A stretch of DNA of 63,532 bases, the filler included, from Octopus bimaculoides (taxonomy: Eukaryota): the NCBI RefSeq assembly GCF_001194135.2. It is 5 parts of 4 records of this genome, joined end to end, with 100 filler letters (N's around TTAATTAATTAA, not from the genome) between each part and the next. Parts side by side here need not be neighbours in the genome. Positions count along the whole stretch, not along the records: positions 58,043 to 63,532 come from NC_068985.1; 4 more parts are not named here. One strand, written 5' to 3'. This document shows positions 62,081-63,532 of the stretch, piece after piece. How positions within the stretch are numbered: the stretch's first letter is position 1; each line of letters opens with the position of its first letter. Made by a program: the position numbers and the translations under genes. A model generated the notes under the pieces. That model made no database searches and had not been told where the DNA came from. It saw nothing but the letters and a program-made list of their open reading frames with translations.

Positions 62081-62384
62081 TGTTGTGTCGACGCCCCCAG
62101 GCGAAGAAGTAGGATCTTCCAAGACATATAAATAGAGGTAGTCTGGCCGTGGTAGGAGTGTTGAGTAGCAGTCGAGTAGCAGTTGTGTAGCTGTTGAGTA
62201 GAGATCATCCGAAGGTGCTAGATAGCAGTAGCTTGAGACATAACAAAATCTATCTGCAGTTATCAGCTACCCTACAGATGTAAACCTTTTTTTTTTTTTG
62301 AATATCAGTGAGAATACTTACACGTAGCTTCTTCGAAACTTGCTGCATCGCGACTCAAAATACAAATTCACATTGGCACCTATA

Positions 62385-62615
62385 ATTATTGGTTTCAAAT
62401 TTTGGCACAAGGCCCGCAATTTCGGGGGACGGGTTAAGTCGATTACATCGACACCAATACTCAACTGGTATTCATTTTATCTCCAGTGAAAGGATGAAAA
62501 GCAAAGTCGACCTCGGCGGAATCTGAACTTAGAACGTAAAAATGGACGAAATACCGTTAAGCATTTTGCCCTGAGTGCTAACGATTCTGTTAGATCGCAG
62601 ACTCATCGGCACTTA
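62385..62615 (-). mobile_element. SINE family C copy
   Basis: AAAGTCGACCTCGGCGG...CTAACGATTCTG is the reverse complement of the family C body. Confidence 0.85.
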
Positions 62616-63111
62616 TAGTTATTGTTTCATTTGGTCATGGTAGTAAATATAAAAAGGGGCAATCACAACTAAAAAAAAAAGACCAAATGGATTTTCAGAC
62701 AAAGAAAGCCCCCAGCTAACGCACACTTTACAAATACAGTAAGTGGAGTAATAAAAATATTCAAAACTTCGCTAAGTTCAACTTATAACTCTGCACCATT
62801 GTTGTTATCTAAATTCCAGCAACGAAGCTTTGTATCTTTATCAAAGACCAGTTCCTTCTTTGTAGAAAGAATCTAAATAATCGCAATAAGATAGATACTT
62901 GGAACATATACACAGAAAATGGTAAACATATTTTTTCCAACATACATAAGCATACGAATGCTCTCTCTCTCTCTCTCATTATCTCACTCTCTCTCTCTCT
63001 CCTTCTCTCTCCCATTTCTCTCTCTCTCTCTCTCTCTCTCTCACTACCTATCTATCTCTAGTTCTCTCTGTCACCCTCTAATTATTTCCAACTTTCTCTT
63101 TCTCTCTCCCT

Positions 63112-63153
<42 letters not shown>

Positions 63154-63265
63154 ATTGTGCATCTCACTCTCTTTTCTAAACTCTGCTGATTCTAGAATTA
63201 CTGTTCTCTGCTCTGTCAAAAACACCATACAATAAATACACACAAACAGACACATTCAAACATAC

Positions 63266-63358
63266 ATAATGGATGTAATTCGTCATCTTCAGTTGACGTG
63301 TTCAAATTCCGTCTTGGTTGAAAGAGTGGAGACGACAGAAGCATCCAGTTGATGATAC
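63266..63358 (-). other. Candidate internal exon (93 nt, symmetric phase 1), unidentified
   Basis: tcttctacacag acceptor and T|gtatgt donor on the minus strand; a single open frame IINWMLLSSPLFQPRRNLNTSTEDDELHPL. No homology recognised. Confidence 0.25.
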
Positions 63359-63483
63359 CTGTGTAGAAGATACTAATTAATCAGGTGAGACATTGACATC
63401 TCTATTATCTTCTTCAAGTCAAGTAAAGGTCACATCCCATATTCAAATTCGCGTGTTTCAGTATGTGTGTGAATATGTATAAG

Positions 63484-63532
<49 letters not shown>

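Overview
AT-rich, gap-ridden eukaryotic genomic DNA with very dense microsatellites and no intact host gene, rRNA, true tRNA gene or CRISPR array that I can support. Composition and the tRNA-derived SINE families suggest a cephalopod (Octopus-like) intron or intergenic region; this is inference. Nearly all long ORFs in the track are microsatellite or N-gap artefacts. The interpretable content is layered mobile DNA: (1) R4-clade non-LTR retrotransposons with a restriction-like endonuclease, including a Dong-type 3' end inside (TAA)n and a sister family whose copies sit in or next to (CATA)n; (2) several Penelope-like element (PLE) remnants with GIY-YIG domains and terminal repeats carrying at least five distinct variant minimal hammerhead-ribozyme motifs; (3) Tx1/L1 and RTE LINE fragments; (4) a near full-length Tc1, mariner and piggyBac relics and hAT MITEs; (5) an ~870-bp modular foldback element; (6) three tRNA-derived SINE families. 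The best leads for something undescribed are the putative (CATA)n-targeting R4 family and the set of non-canonical hammerhead cores. All protein and RNA calls are by-eye motif matches and were not checked by database search.
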